From assembly GCF_009914755.1 (NCBI RefSeq), contig NC_060932.1: 64,000 bases of DNA; one strand, given 5' to 3'. The notes beneath the pieces are model-generated. The model was not told the origin of the DNA. It did no database searches and worked only from the letters and a program-made list of their open reading frames with translations. The position numbers were made by a program, and so were the translations under genes. This document shows positions 29,850 to 46,711 of this stretch, in pieces. Position 1 is the first letter of the stretch. Each line of letters begins with the position of its first letter. Origin of the DNA: the human T2T-CHM13v2.0 reference genome, Homo sapiens.

Positions 29850-30070
29850 AAATTTTTATTTCTTATTTATCAGTGACATAATAATTGCACATATTTATGG
29901 AGTACAATGTGATGTTTCAGTGCATGTATACACAGTATAATCATCAAATCCGGGGTAATTACCATATCCATCACTATTAACATTTATCATTTATATGTGA
30001 CAACATTCAAAATCTTTTGGCTTTCTTGAAATATGCACTACATTGTTATTTGTTATAGTCACCCTATCAT
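29850..30070 (-). mobile_element. L1MA 3' end fragment
   Basis: aataattgcacatatttatggagtacaatgtgatgtt...ttatagtcaccct. Confidence 0.7.
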
Positions 30071-31668
30071 TTTAGGACTCATTTGATCTGTTGAAAAATC
30101 AAACCAATTTCCTATCTTAAGTCATTCACCAGAGGAAAATGATTATAAATTACCTGAAAAATTATATGGGTGGGTGCTAAGAGATCCCACTGTTGCTTAC
30201 CTTTCTATTATCCTTTTATCTCTGTTGGAAATCTTGAGAAAAATATTTTCCATTTTTAAGATGGGAACATAGTGGGAGGATTAGTGATAATTTAAAGGTT
30301 ATCGCAGTAAATGGCCATTGACATCAAAATTTCTGATTGTTAAGTGATGTATTCTTTCAACAATTTAATGCTATTGAACTAAATTACCTTCCCACAGAAG
30401 TTTTTAAAAATTGACACAAAAACAAACAAACCAAAAAAAAATGGGTAGGTATGTGAGTTGTTGGGTACATTAATTTGCTTCACATTAGTGACAATCTTTT
30501 TCACTATGTATATGTATCCCATAACATAATGCTGTATAACTTAAAATTTTTCTTTTTAATTGCAAATGGAGGAAAGACTTCAGAATGTGCTTTAGGGCTT
30601 GGAGAGGAAAAAGGTGCTCTCCTATCAGTGCTGTTGGCACCAATGGATGTTTCCGTATTCACTAAGTTTACATACAGAATTATGTAAGTCCTAGAAGCTA
30701 TACTCCTGGATAAAAGGTAGTGAAAGCAGGTAATAAGGTAACAAAAAAAAAAAACCTGATACTTATGTCTCAGGTTTACCCATGTTTCCTTAATACTTAT
30801 AGCAGGAAATACAGTTTTAGCTTTAATGAAATAACTGAGTTTGGATTTGCTTCTTTATAGCATCAATGCAAGATAACCTGTCTCTTCTTCGGAATGCAGC
30901 CAAGTAAGTCTCTACATTCCTCCAATTCTTCAGATTATCCCTGCCAACACTGGTACCTGGTAAAAAGTAAAAAACTAACCAATCCTAAAGTGTCACTCTG
31001 CCAGTGGCATTCTGAGTCCCACATGTGTTAACAAACTAAACTAAGAATTTTCCAGTTGTTTCTTTACCAAAAAAGAAAAAAATACTTTATGCAACTGCAT
31101 TATTCCGTTAATGCTCTTCCAATATGCATGCGCTAGTTAAAGACAGGTTGTCAGCTTGGAAGTAGATTTTTTTTTGAGTCCAAATAAATCATATTCTGCC
31201 ATGGGATATTACTCAAGTTGTAGTATTTCTCCTAATATTATGATCTAGATTGAAACTCATAGTCATTAAAATTGGAAAGTTTTCCACCTAAGCTACATAC
31301 AAAAATGTAATTCGTAATTTCACAACTCAAATATACTCGGGTTCATTGCCCTCCTTTGCCATTTTGTATTCTTAAAACCCATTTGAGAACAATGATATTT
31401 GTAAGGGCATAACTGACACATGTTAGAACCTCTTTCAATTTAATATTGTATTATGAACAGCAATATCTGAAATGCATGTAGATACACTTGATTACCAGAG
31501 TGAACACCTTCTTATTTAGAAATAGTAATAAATATTTGGTTATGTGGAACTGCATATGCAAGACTGGATAGATCACTCCTATTTCATTCTATCCAAGAGC
31601 CTCATTGGAAAAGGATACAAAAGAATCATTGGAAGGGGACACGAAATAGTTCATCTTTATTTGACTGG

Positions 31669-31712
<44 letters not shown>

Positions 31713-31880
31713 TGTTTCTTTTCTTTCTTTCTCTTTCTTTCTTTTCTTTCTTTCTTTCTTTTTTTCTTTCCCTCCCTCCCTTCCTTTCTTTCTTTTTCTT
31801 TTTCTTTCTTTCCTTCTTTCTTTTCTTCTTCTTTCCTTTCTTTCATTTTCCCTTCCTTTCTTCTCTGTGCTTTCTTTTTT
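31669..31880. repeat. (TTTC)n / CT-rich polypyrimidine repeat
   Basis: Seen directly. Confidence 0.95.
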
Positions 31881-32879
31881 GTTGAGATTCAACTTTCCAC
31901 CATCCCATGGTCAAGGATGATGACAATCAAATCCCACTCTGACCATAAAGAGCAATAAAGGACTCTAATATATTTTAGGGGGAACACGTGAAGAATAAAC
32001 TTCCTCTTTGCATAACCTCATTTCCATAGTGAACTAAGTGACCCTCCTCATCTGGGGTAAGTTGTGAAGAAACAAAGAAGGTGAGGGAGTGAAAAACCTT
32101 GACCTGTTATATAAATAACAAGGCCCTGCGTTTATAGTTCACAATATCCCCCTACTCTATGGGTAATGAGTTATTATTAATAATGTGAGCATTCATAATA
32201 TATCATATCATATCATATCACATCTCTGTCTATATATTCATACTGCCTTCTCACACTTGGATAACTAGAAAATAAGTATTCTTCTTCTTTCTCAAGGCAG
32301 GGGCTATTTTGTTCAACTTTTAGATATGAAAGATTTAGAATTTTCTATTCGAGAGACAAGAAAGGAGAAACTTCAGAGACTATTGTCTTATTTATCTCAT
32401 TTTATACTTTCCTCACTAGAAAAAGTAATGAATAAATAGTTCTTAATAATTTAAGTCAGGGACTCTAGGTTCAGAGAGTTTAGCAATAGTTTTTGCTAAT
32501 TACTGAAAAGAGTTGTGTTCTTATCATTTTTGAAGATCCGGGTCCTTTTGATTTACTGATGAAAGTTGTAACAACTTTCCATAGAAAAATCATCATATGC
32601 TTTCAACATGTGTTGTATACAGAATATCCAGTTTCAAGGGATTCACATATCTCATGGAGCCTACTTATGGGCTTTCTAAATGGACAGTTTCATGATTTTT
32701 AGAGGAATTTAATACCGTAATATAAATAGTTTGAATAGTATATAAAAGTGGATATTATGAGTCACTGACAAAATTCTGCTTTAAATCTGAAGGATTTACT
32801 TTTGCAGTGACTGGATGTGGTACCAGAGTCAGCCTTTAATTCTCACCTCTAATCCAAATTGCCTTAGACAAAAAGAGCT

Positions 32880-33175
32880 ACTTCACAAGTTCATACTTCT
32901 TTTGGGGGACATTCCACTTCCAACAACGGGTTGATGAGCTGTGTACATGTACCTAGCCACTTTGCATGAATTCAGGATAATTCTGAAGGGCTATTCAAGC
33001 TACAGATCTCCTCATATGCTCTTCTGAGACTGCTTTACAGTCCAGCTTCCCACTCTACCCAATCCTGGTTCCATCCTTCCCCTTCAACAGGTGGAAATCT
33101 GAAGTCCACTACCTACTAAGCCACGTGCACTCTACTCTCCATCCCAGAGACTCTTTCCAGGATTCCTGAACTGAT
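32880..33175 (+). mobile_element. LTR16-like ERVL LTR fragment
   Basis: cccaatcctggttcc...caacaggtg...ctccatcccagagactctttccagg resembles the LTR16 3' portion. Confidence 0.6.
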
Positions 33176-35009
33176 TTATGTGAGAAAGCAGGCAGCCAAA
33201 GGAGTCATCAGGCTGATGTCCAATTGGCTGCCTTTTGTGTCTGAACCTTGAATTCTTCCTTTCAGGGAATACTTAAGATAGTTTAAGAAAAATATCCAGA
33301 AACCGATAGTGAAAAACACTGGAAAGACTCAAGGGCTTAAAGCTTCATGTTCTAGTTCAGTTCTTTTACTCATGAGCTTAGTGAATTTGAATAAATGTTA
33401 AGTGTAACATTCCATGTCCTAAACAAGGTATATCACAAAGCAGGAGTAGAATTTTTCCTAACATTAGCTTATATTATAAAGTTAAACCTGAGAATACCAA
33501 GTGTTCTAATGTAAATCAGATATTTTGCTCCTTTGGTTTACTTACAGACAAGGTGACCTTGTAATGTATCATTCATAGTAGAGCACTTTAGAAAGTGATT
33601 GAGAAACCATTAATAATCCTACCAACACAACATGAACAATCTAAAACTATACCAGATAAGCCAGAATAGATTGTCCACCTTATTTATAAGCTCCCCGGAT
33701 AAAATGTGTGTTCATTGCATGTTATATGCCATGCCACATGCCCTGATAAAGAGAAAATGGTTCTCTCCAAATTCAGAGGCTGATGATATTTGGACTCAAT
33801 CATGGAAGTACAGAATCAGAATAAAAATGTCTAGCTTGAACCTGAGTCTATGGTTTAAAGTTTTCTGAAGAGACAGCCTCATGGCACTGTGACACTCCTT
33901 CTATATCACATAGAGAATTAAATAAGAGAAACTGAGCATACATTATATTATACATTATATATATATAAGTGTTAATAGAAGTTTACCAGCTCTAATATTT
34001 CGTGACTTACAAAGTACTTTCAAATTAGTGTATCTCATAATCAAGAGGAAAGTTTTTTTTAAATAAAAGTATCTCTACTTAGACTGCATTAACATCCAAT
34101 AGGCTTAAAATACATTGTTTATTATTAGCACATTGTTTTATTTTTATTACATGATGCCTTCACTCAACTTTTTACATGTCACATAATTTAAAGAGTTAAG
34201 TATAAAAACAGCTGTTGGAGTATTTATTGGTCTAATAAAGATTGACTTTCATTCTCACCTAAGTTCAAAACACACTGAAAGATGAATGCAATTGTCAGAC
34301 AGAGATCAAACTCTCAGTTTATTTTGTAATAAAGCTCACCCTAGGAAGCACTTTTTGGGCTCTGATTTACTCATATTTAACCCTGAATTAGACACATGTA
34401 TTCACCAGTCACTGGCACAGGAGGAACACTGTAGGACCATCTAATGGAAATGTCCTATCCTTTTCACATTATTGCTGCAATGAGAGTAGCTCTGAAAATA
34501 ATCTCAGAACAGGCAAGACATAAGAAGAAAGAAAAGAAAACATGAGTTGTGTTTCCTCACTGAAACTTATCAGCTAAATCACTCTTCCTTCCCTGGAGTT
34601 GCAAGTGAGGGAACTCAGAATGGTCATAAATATTATATTACCAATTGTCTTTCCCTATGAAATGCAGGATGAATGTTTCTTACTAACTTGGAACTCTTTA
34701 GACTTATGTAGAGAACTTACAGAATTCTTCAATTTTATCTAATAAAGTTTGAGAAATGGTACATATTCATAAGTCAAAAAAAGATTTCTTACCGACACGT
34801 AAAATACTCAGTACTATAGATTTAGCAAAACCCATTTGCTGATACCATCTATATTTCAAAATCCTGTGTTAGCACAGTGCCTGGTTCATAACAAAGCTAA
34901 ATAAATTTTATATATTTTTGTTTGTATTATGATAACCCTCATTTTGTATAACAGGAAATTAATGCTGAAAGTACATAGCAGGTATATAACTATATTGGCC
35001 AACAGTTTG

Positions 35010-35262
35010 GGAGCCTGAGAAGATTGAGATTAAGGTGATGGCATCTAGTAAGGGTCTTCTTGCTGCATTAGCCTAGGGCAAAAGATAGAAGAGCAAAAGA
35101 GACCAAGACCAAATTTCCCATATGTAATTGTACCAATTCTACCCATAAGGGTAGAGCCTGATGTCCTGTTTTTCTCTTATGAGTCTTGGCTCTTAATATT
35201 GTTTCAATGACAATTAAATTTCAAAATTAGTTTTGGAGGGAACAAACATTCAAACCATAGCA
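35010..35262 (-). mobile_element. MST-type MaLR LTR fragment
   Basis: ggcatctagtaagggtcttcttgctgcat ... ttttggagggaacaaacattcaaaccatagca. Confidence 0.7.
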
Positions 35263-35298
35263 GAACTTAATATATATATAAAAAAAAACTAAAGGTTC

Positions 35299-35636
35299 TG
35301 TATTAGTTTGTTTTCATGCTGCTGATAAAGACATACCCAAGACTGGGCAGAAAAGGAGGTTTAATTGGACTTACAGTTCCACATGGCTTGGAGGCCTCAG
35401 AATCATGGCAGGAGGTGAAAGGCACTTCTTACATGGCAGCAGCAAGAGAAAATGAGGAAACCCATGATAAACCCGTCCGATCTTGTGAGACTTAGTCACA
35501 ATTACAAGAATAGCACAGGAAAGACTGGCTCCCATGATTGAATTACCTTCCGCTAGGTCCCTCCCACAACACATGAGAATTCTGGGATATACAATTCAAG
35601 TTGAGATTTGTGTGGTGACACAGCCAAACCATATCG
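35299..35636 (-). mobile_element. THE1 (THE1C-like) solo LTR
   Basis: tgtattagt...cagccaaaccatatc; 5-bp TSD ggttc at 35294-35298 and 35637-35641. Confidence 0.92.
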
Positions 35637-36642
35637 GGTTCATATAAAGAAATACAAACATTCAGTTGTGATAGGCACTATGGAGGACACTTTTTCCTGC
35701 CATAATTTGAGTATTTGTTAAGAAAGATTTCCCTGAGAAAATACATAATAAAGTTGTGGTCTTAAATAAAAGCATAATTTAACTGGTTAAAGAGAGATGC
35801 ATAGAAAGACTATTTAACTAGGAAAGACAGGTAAAAAGGACAAGAACAAATTCAAAGTGGCCAAAAACCAGAAAAGATCAAGGAGATCAAGGTAAAAAAA
35901 ATGTGTGATATTACACACAAACAGTAAATAGCCTGGACCAAAAAACACAGGTGAGAAGCAAGCAACCATCGTCTCCCCGAAAAACTAAACATAGAAAACG
36001 TGATGTATCTGGCTCATGGAATATGTAGACCTTATCATTTATTATAACTAACTTACCAATTTTTGTTATTACTTTTTACTAGAATTATGAGATATTTTTC
36101 AATAAAATAGTATTTTCTAAAATATATATTCTAACAATCAATTAACAAGTTACATAGGTAAATATAAATATATAAATATGTTACATATATAAATAATATA
36201 GCAAATTAAGCATGTAAACAATATAAACAATTTATAATGGAGACTACAGTGAGCCACAATATTTGCAAATTAGGCAATTAAAATGTATTGCATAAAGCCT
36301 AACACAGGTTAGTGAAATTTCATGAAGAATACAACACATATTGCCAGCTGTTTCTCTACAAATTCTGCATTTCACTGCATACATTGGACATCTGATGACT
36401 TTTGCTAAATTCATGGTCATATTCAAGAGTACAAAAAGGTGAGAACTTTGCACATATTCATTAGTAACACCTGGGACTCACTGGGTGCCAAGAAAACATA
36501 TTAATCAGAAAAAATGGACTTGAATCGGAGTGGCTATTAAGAAATAGAGTAGCTTCTTATCACTGTGTTTCATATCAAGTATTATAAAGCTCTTCAATTG
36601 TCAAATGATGGCTCTTGTACCAGATGGACGTTTTGCAAAAGT

Positions 36643-38922
36643 TGTATTAGTCCGTCTTCACACTGCTGATAAGGACATCCCCAAAACTGGGTAATTTATA
36701 AAGAAAAAGAGGTTTAACGTACTCACAGTTTCATGCGGCCAGGGAGGCCTCACACTCTTGGTGGAAGGTGAAAGGCATGTCTAACATGGCAGCAGACAAC
36801 AGAGAATGAGAACCAAGCAAAAGGGGTTTCCTCTTATAAAACCATCAGATCTCATGAGATTTGTTCACTACCATGAGAACAGTAAGGGGGAAATCACTCC
36901 CATGATTCAATTATCTCCCACCAGGTCCCTCCCATAACACATCAGAATTATGGGAGCTACAATTTAAGATGAGATTTGGGTGGGGACATAGAGCCAAACC
37001 ATATCATTCTGCCCCTGACCCCTGCCAAATCTCATGTCCTCACATTTCAAAACTGATCATGCCTTCCCAACAGTCCCCGAAAGTCTTAACTCATTTCAGC
37101 ATTAACTCAAAAGTCCACAGTCCAAATTCTCATCTAAGACAAGGTAAGTCCCTTCTGCCTATGAGCCTGTAAGATAAAAATAAAAAACAAGTTAGTTACT
37201 TCCTAGATACTATGGGGGTACAGACATTGAATAAATACACACTTTCCAAATGGGAGAAATTGACTAAAATGAAGGTGCTATAGATTCCTTGCAAGTCTGA
37301 AATCCAACAAGTCAGTAATTAAATCTTAAAGCTCTGAAATAATCTCCTTTAACTCCATGTCTCACATTCAGGTCATGCTGATGCAACAGGTGAGCTCCCA
37401 CAGCCTTGGGAAGCTCTGCCCCTATAGCTTTGCAGAATATAGCCTCCCTCCTGGCTGCTTTCTTGGGCTGGCATTGAGTGCCTGTGGCTTTTCCGAGTGC
37501 ATGAAGCACCTCTGTGTGGGGACTCCAACCCCATATTCCCCCTCCACACTACCCTAGCAGAGTTTCTCCATGAGGGCTCTGGACATCCAGGTCCTCCATA
37601 CATCCTCTGTAATCTAAGTGGAGGTTCCGAAACCCCAATTGTTGACTTCTGTGAACCTGCAGTCCCAACACCATGTGGAAACTGCCAAGGCTTGGGACTT
37701 GCACCCTCTGAAGCCATGGCCTGAGCTATACCTTGGTCCCTTTTAGCCATGGCTAGAGCAGCTGGGACACAGAGCACAAGGTCCCTAGGCTGCATAAAGC
37801 AGGGGGCCCCTGGCCCAGCCCATGAAACTATTTTTTTCTCCTTGGCCTCTGGGCCTGTGATGAGTAGGGCTGTCTCAAAAGTCTCTTACATACCCTGGAG
37901 ACATTTTCCCCATTGCCTTGGCAATTAACATTTAGCTCCTCATTACTTATGCAAATTTCTGCAGCAGGCTTGAATTTCTTCTCAGAAAATGGGTTTTTCT
38001 TTTCTATTGCATTGCCAGTCTGTAAACTTTCCTAATTTGTATGCTTTGTTTCCCTTTTAAAACTGCTTTTAACAGCACTCAGGTCACCTCTTGAATGCTT
38101 TACTGCTTAGAAATTTCTTCTGCCAGATACCCTAAAGCATCTCTCTCAAGTTTGAAGTTCCACAAATCTCTACGTTTCCAGTCTCTCTTTTTTTTTTTTT
38201 TTTTTGGAAGAAGGAATACTTTATTGTAGCATCAATTTTAAATAAGATTAATCCAAAACTTTCCCATTTCAATCTTTACTAAAACATATCAAGAGTCACC
38301 TTTACTCTTTACCAGTTCCCAACAAGTTTCACATCTCCATCTGAGACCTCTTCAACCTAGATTTTATTGTCCATATTATTATCAACATTTTGGTTAAAGC
38401 TGTTCAACAAGTGTGTAGGAAGTTCCAAACTTTCCCCCATTTTCCTGTCTTCTGAGTCCTCCAAACTGTTCCAGCCTCTGCCTGTTACCAAGATCCAAAG
38501 TCGCTTCCACATTTTTGGGTATCTTTACAGCAGTGCCCCCCTCTACCAGTACCAATTTACTGTATCAGTCCATTTTCACGTGATAATAAAGACATACCCA
38601 AGATTGGGTAATTTTTAGATAAAAAAAGGTTCAATGGACTTACAGTTTCACATGGCTAGGATGGTCTCACACTCATGGCAGAGGTAAAAGGCATGTTTTA
38701 CATGGTGGCAGATGAGAGAGAATGGAAACCAAGTGAAAAATGTTTCCCCTGATAAAACCATCAGATCTCATGAGACTTATTCAGTACCATGAGAACACTA
38801 TGGTGGAAATTTTCCCCATGATTTAATTATCTCCCACCAGGTCCCTCCCACAACACAAGGGAATTATGGGAGCTACAATTCAAGATGAGATTTGGGTGGG
38901 GACATAGAGCCAAACCATATTA
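36643..38922 (-). mobile_element. Near full-length THE1 (C/D-like) element: LTR - internal - LTR
   Basis: LTRs at ~36643-37006 and ~38561-38922 flank THE1-int sequence. Confidence 0.92.
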
Positions 38923-39439
38923 AGTAGTGTCACATAGTGAAAGGTCATGGATAAGCATTTCATAATACCATATGTTGACTGTCAATGGAGAATTTATTTT
39001 ATTTGAGAGTGCAACAACAAATGCTTTAATTTTATTCTTTTCTTTCTTTCCCTTTCTTCCTTCCTTCTTTTTTTTCCTTTCTGCCTCAAGTGTCCAGAGA
39101 GTTTTGTGGCAATTATGCTGAAGTTACACTGATGCTGCATAGAGTAATAGAAAAACTTTCTCAACATTTTCAACTAAGGTAGACAATATATGAATTCAAA
39201 GTTATTTTGCTAATTTAGTTAAATTGCTCAAAAATCAAAAAAGGGAAGAGCCTAAAATAGAAAGGTATTTTAGTATGGACATAATACTCAGAACATAGTT
39301 GTATGCAAAACCCTAGAATTGGAAGTGACAATATTTTGACAATATTTTAAACTTCAGGAATTATCATTATAATTTTTTTCTACCAACTCCCATACACTTA
39401 CTGAGAAATACTAAATATGCTTTTCTAACTAATTTAACA

Positions 39440-40525
<1,086 letters not shown>

Positions 40526-40723
40526 TAATTAAGACTTCTTTTAGAAGTCTTTAGAATTAGGAAGTCTTCAGAATAAGAAAGTAGAAAACAGTCCCTGGGT
40601 AAAACATGGATACACCATCACACAGACACACCCACACAAACATACATGCATGTAACATCCAAATTCTAACACAATACAACTTTAAGGAGCACGTTTTTAA
40701 AATTAGAATAATGAGAATTAATA

Positions 40724-41100
<377 letters not shown>

Positions 41101-41799
41101 TAGTAAATAGTCATGCCCTTTTATTTCACATTTTTTATATAATAAAGTTAAAATCAGTAAACATAAGATTTTTGTAACAATTAGGTAGGCAGAGAAAAAA
41201 GAAAGAAATATTAATTAAAATTAATTTGACTATGTATACACTGTGCTGTTGCTTTTTCTCCTCCAATTTTGTCTTTGAATAACAAAATATTCAGTGCTCA
41301 GTTCTGTAAACAGTGTTTTTTTTACATAAGCCTACTCATCTAAATACCAGGATACTTATTTTAGCACACAGATACTGTCCAGTCATTCTGAGTGTCTAGA
41401 GATAATAATATTTAAAGGGATTATCTAACTTGAACAATTATGAAGAAGGGAAATAGGTTTATAATAAGGAATGGAACCCTACTTAGAACAAAGATTATGC
41501 AAATTTTAATACGTGTATGTGTGCGTAAGTAATTCTAAAAAATAAGCAAATTTTAATGTCTCTTTTATAAGGAATTAGGATTAACCTTTGAGACTGCAGC
41601 TATAGAAATTATCTTTTTTTTTTTCCTCTTTATAATTCATGATTTTTTGGCTAGTAATTCCCATTTATAGTGAGATATCCGTTTCCTATCTCTGGACTCC
41701 CATGAGTTTTTAAATGTATTTGCATCCTAGTCACATCTTGGAAGGTAAAGCTCTATAACTTAGCATCTTTTACTTTCTATCATAAGCATAATAATCTCT

Positions 41800-42242
41800 T
41801 GTCTGAGTTTGTATTGCTCTAAAAGAATACCCGAGGCCAAATAATTTATAAGGAAAAGAGGTTTATTTGGCTCATGGTTCTGTAGTCAGTACAAGAAGTA
41901 TGGTGCAGGTATCTGCATCTGTTGAGGGCCTCAAACTGATTCTACTTATGGCAAAAGGGGAAGGGGAGCCAGGGTGTGCAGCAATCACATGGTAAGAGAG
42001 AGAAATTAAGAGAGATGGGGGAGGGAGGTACCAGGCTCTTTTTAACAACCACCTCTCCTGAGAACTCATAGATTGAGAATTCACTCACTGGCCTTCATGC
42101 CAGGGAGGGCCTTAATCTATTCAGGAAGGAGTAGCCCCAATAACACAATCACCTCCCATGAAGCACCACTTTCAAAATTGAAAGTCAAATTTCAACATGA
42201 GATTTGGAGGGGTCAAACCACTATACCCAAATGAAAGCATCA
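41800..42242 (-). mobile_element. MSTB-like MaLR LTR
   Basis: aatttataaggaaaagaggtttatttggctcatggttctg ... aaatttcaacatgagatttggagggg. Confidence 0.85.
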
Positions 42243-42543
42243 CTGATACAGCTTTCTCTTGCTGTCTAAAATATGGAAAGATGTTTGAAGACCCATTAGC
42301 AAACTGACTTTCAAATTTGTTTTACGCTTAACTTTTCCAAGGCACATAATACCTGATCATAAAAAATGATGTGATATTATATTTTAGAAATACCCTGTAA
42401 ATAACATGCCTTTCTCCCCAATCACCTAGTTAATGTTTCATCTTCCTTCCAAACTGTTCATACATCAATTACATGACAAACACTTCTTCCCTTGTCTTTC
42501 TTTCCACAGTGTTAATCATTGTGTCTTCAATACCATTTTTGTC

Positions 42544-43030
42544 TGTATTAGTTATCTGTTGCTGTGTCAAAAATAGCCCGAAATTTAGAAGTTTGAAAGA
42601 ATAAACACTTAGCATTTCACAGTTTCTGTGGGTCACAATTTAGAAGTAGCTTAGCTAAGTAGTTCCAGCTCAGATTCTTTCAGTTTGCAGTTAAATTGTC
42701 AGTTTGGACTTCCATCACCTGAAGGTTGAATTGGGGATTGATATTCACCTCTTAGATGTTTCACTCACATAGCCATTGGCAAAATGCTTCAGCTACTCTC
42801 CATATGTATTGTTCCACAACCCTGTTTTATTGTGCTTGAAAAATGGCAGATGGCATCTCCAAGGGTGAGATGCAAAAGAGAGGGCAAGGAGAAAACCACA
42901 ATGTCTGTTATGTCATAATCTCAGAGGTAAAACACCATCACTTCCACGGTATTCTGTTTATTAGGTATAGGTCACTTAGTCCACCTCACAGTCAAGGAAA
43001 GAGGAATAAGATCCCACCTTTTGAAGGAAT
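42544..43030 (-). mobile_element. MLT1 (F/G/H-like) MaLR LTR
   Basis: tgtattagttatctgttgctgtg...cacagtttctgtgggtca...catcacttccac. Confidence 0.75.
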
Positions 43031-43184
43031 ATTAAATTTTTTTAGCATACTTTAATAAATTTATCTTACAAGAAATAAACATTAAGAAAATAAAAGCATT
43101 ATTTAGATTCCTCTCCTAAATTCAAAGCTCAGTTTTGGCACATAGTAATACCACAATAAATGTTTAATTTACTTTAATTGAAAA

Positions 43185-44409
<1,225 letters not shown>

Positions 44410-44507
44410 TTATATTAATACTTTGTAGTCACAAACAGTGAACATATCATCTCTTAATTGGTCACCTTTCTGTTAAATTTGTTAATTATGTCCTTTTAAA
44501 AATCTTA

Positions 44508-44910
<403 letters not shown>

Positions 44911-46353
44911 TTACGTATAATTACATGTGATAGGTCATTAAACCTATTAACATTTTTATGATTTTGTGATTTTGAAGTCAAGTTTTAGAAGACTGTATTT
45001 TTCTGATGTCTCCCTAGTTACAATTCTGTTGAGTCAAAAGAGGATACAAGAAAGAGTATGTAAGCTTTGTTCAATAAAGTTTGTAAAAATATTTTGGCCA
45101 TAGGATTACTGCAATGCAATATAGAATTAGAATTAATAATATAAGAAGTCCTAGCAAGCATACCAAATATCCAAATTACTTCACATTGTTCAATTGTATA
45201 ACAGAAGGAACAAATTTGCCACAATCTGATTTTTATTGTGAGCTTTATAAGAGCACACCAAGCTATACAGACAGTAATTTAGATATATAGTTATAAGGAT
45301 AAAGGAAAAACTTTGTAAGTCCTGGAAAGAATAACCAGTTTTTAACAGCAAGGCTGTTTTTTGTTTTCAGTATAATGATGTTGTAAAATACCTACTTTAT
45401 TCTGCTCCTCCTCTTCCATCATAAGAAATTTTCTGGGTATTTTTCAGAATAAAATAGCAAGCTGGGCAATTCTGTATTTTCATCATAAACCTTCAAATGA
45501 AAGGTTGTAATATCATCAAACTATGATTATTTTGAATTCCTTCAAATATACTCCTGTTCAATGTGGTTTCAGCAAATGATGTTTAATTTTCTGAAAGTAT
45601 GGTTGTGAAAATAAGGGGGAAAGGCATTTTGTGTATATGATCGAAGTTAATACATGCCAATTATTGCTAATGTGTAAAATTATCAGACTTGGAATATATC
45701 TTTTACTCTAAAATACTTCTAGAAATGAACCAATGAAATACAGATGTGCTAGGATGAGAAATGTGGGGTTTAGGACCTACTTGTGACAATTCAGAAAAAA
45801 TAGATGTTGACATGGAGATGATTTACTTATATGGAAAGCAGGGATGTTAGCATATGCGTGATATTACAGATCATATATGACATGCTGTGCTAGGTGTGCA
45901 ATGGATCTCTAATAGTAAAATTTCATGGCTGCAGACATGTACACACACACAAATGTGTATAAATAATGCTATTATGCTAGGCATTTATTGCACTTACATT
46001 TTATTCTAGGCTTATATGTGTAGACAGTGTCTTTCAAAAATAATTTAAATTTGGATGATTTCCTGGAGAAGAGGATAAATTACTCCAGACCCTTCAATGA
46101 GCACATATGCTTAAGAAAATATAAACAAGTGGTAATATGCTTTATACAAAGAAGAGCCTTCTGATGTTAATCTCTTAAAAGAGACATAAATAGGAAGATA
46201 GGAAAAAACGCTTCCTCATAGTCAGAGTCAAAGCACTTCCTGGTGATTTCTTCAGCCAATTCATGTGGATGTACCTGTGTGATCATTTAGCTTCTATGGA
46301 GAAGTAAAATGCTTCTGGGAGATGAAAAAAAAATCATCGATTATTTTAACAGC

Positions 46354-46711
46354 TGTCTTAGACCATTTAGTCTGCAATAAGAAAAATATTGTAGACTGGG
46401 CAGCTTATGTACAACAAAATTTTTTTTCTTACACTTCTGAAGGTTGAGAAGTCCAAAATTAAGGTGCCCACATATTTGATGTCTGTCAAGGGCCTGCTTT
46501 ATAGATCACAGATGGCACCTTCTTGCTGTGTCCTCACATGATGAAAAGATAAGTCTCTCTCAGTTCTCTTTTATAAGGTCACTAATCCCATTCTTGAGGG
46601 CTCTGCCCTGCTGATCCCATCAACTCTCAAAGGTCTTACCTCATAACATCATCACACTGGTGATTAGGTTTTAACATATGAATGCTGGGGAGACAGATTC
46701 ATACCGTAGCA
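46354..46711 (-). mobile_element. MLT1A0-like MaLR LTR
   Basis: tgtcttag...ttttataaggtcactaatcccatt...ccgtagca. Confidence 0.85.

Noticed and set aside
31544-31892. KERK-rich and F/S/L-rich ORFs
   Set aside because: Translation of the (TTTC)n microsatellite
36969-38618. Cluster of overlapping ORFs
   Set aside because: All lie within THE1 LTR/internal sequence
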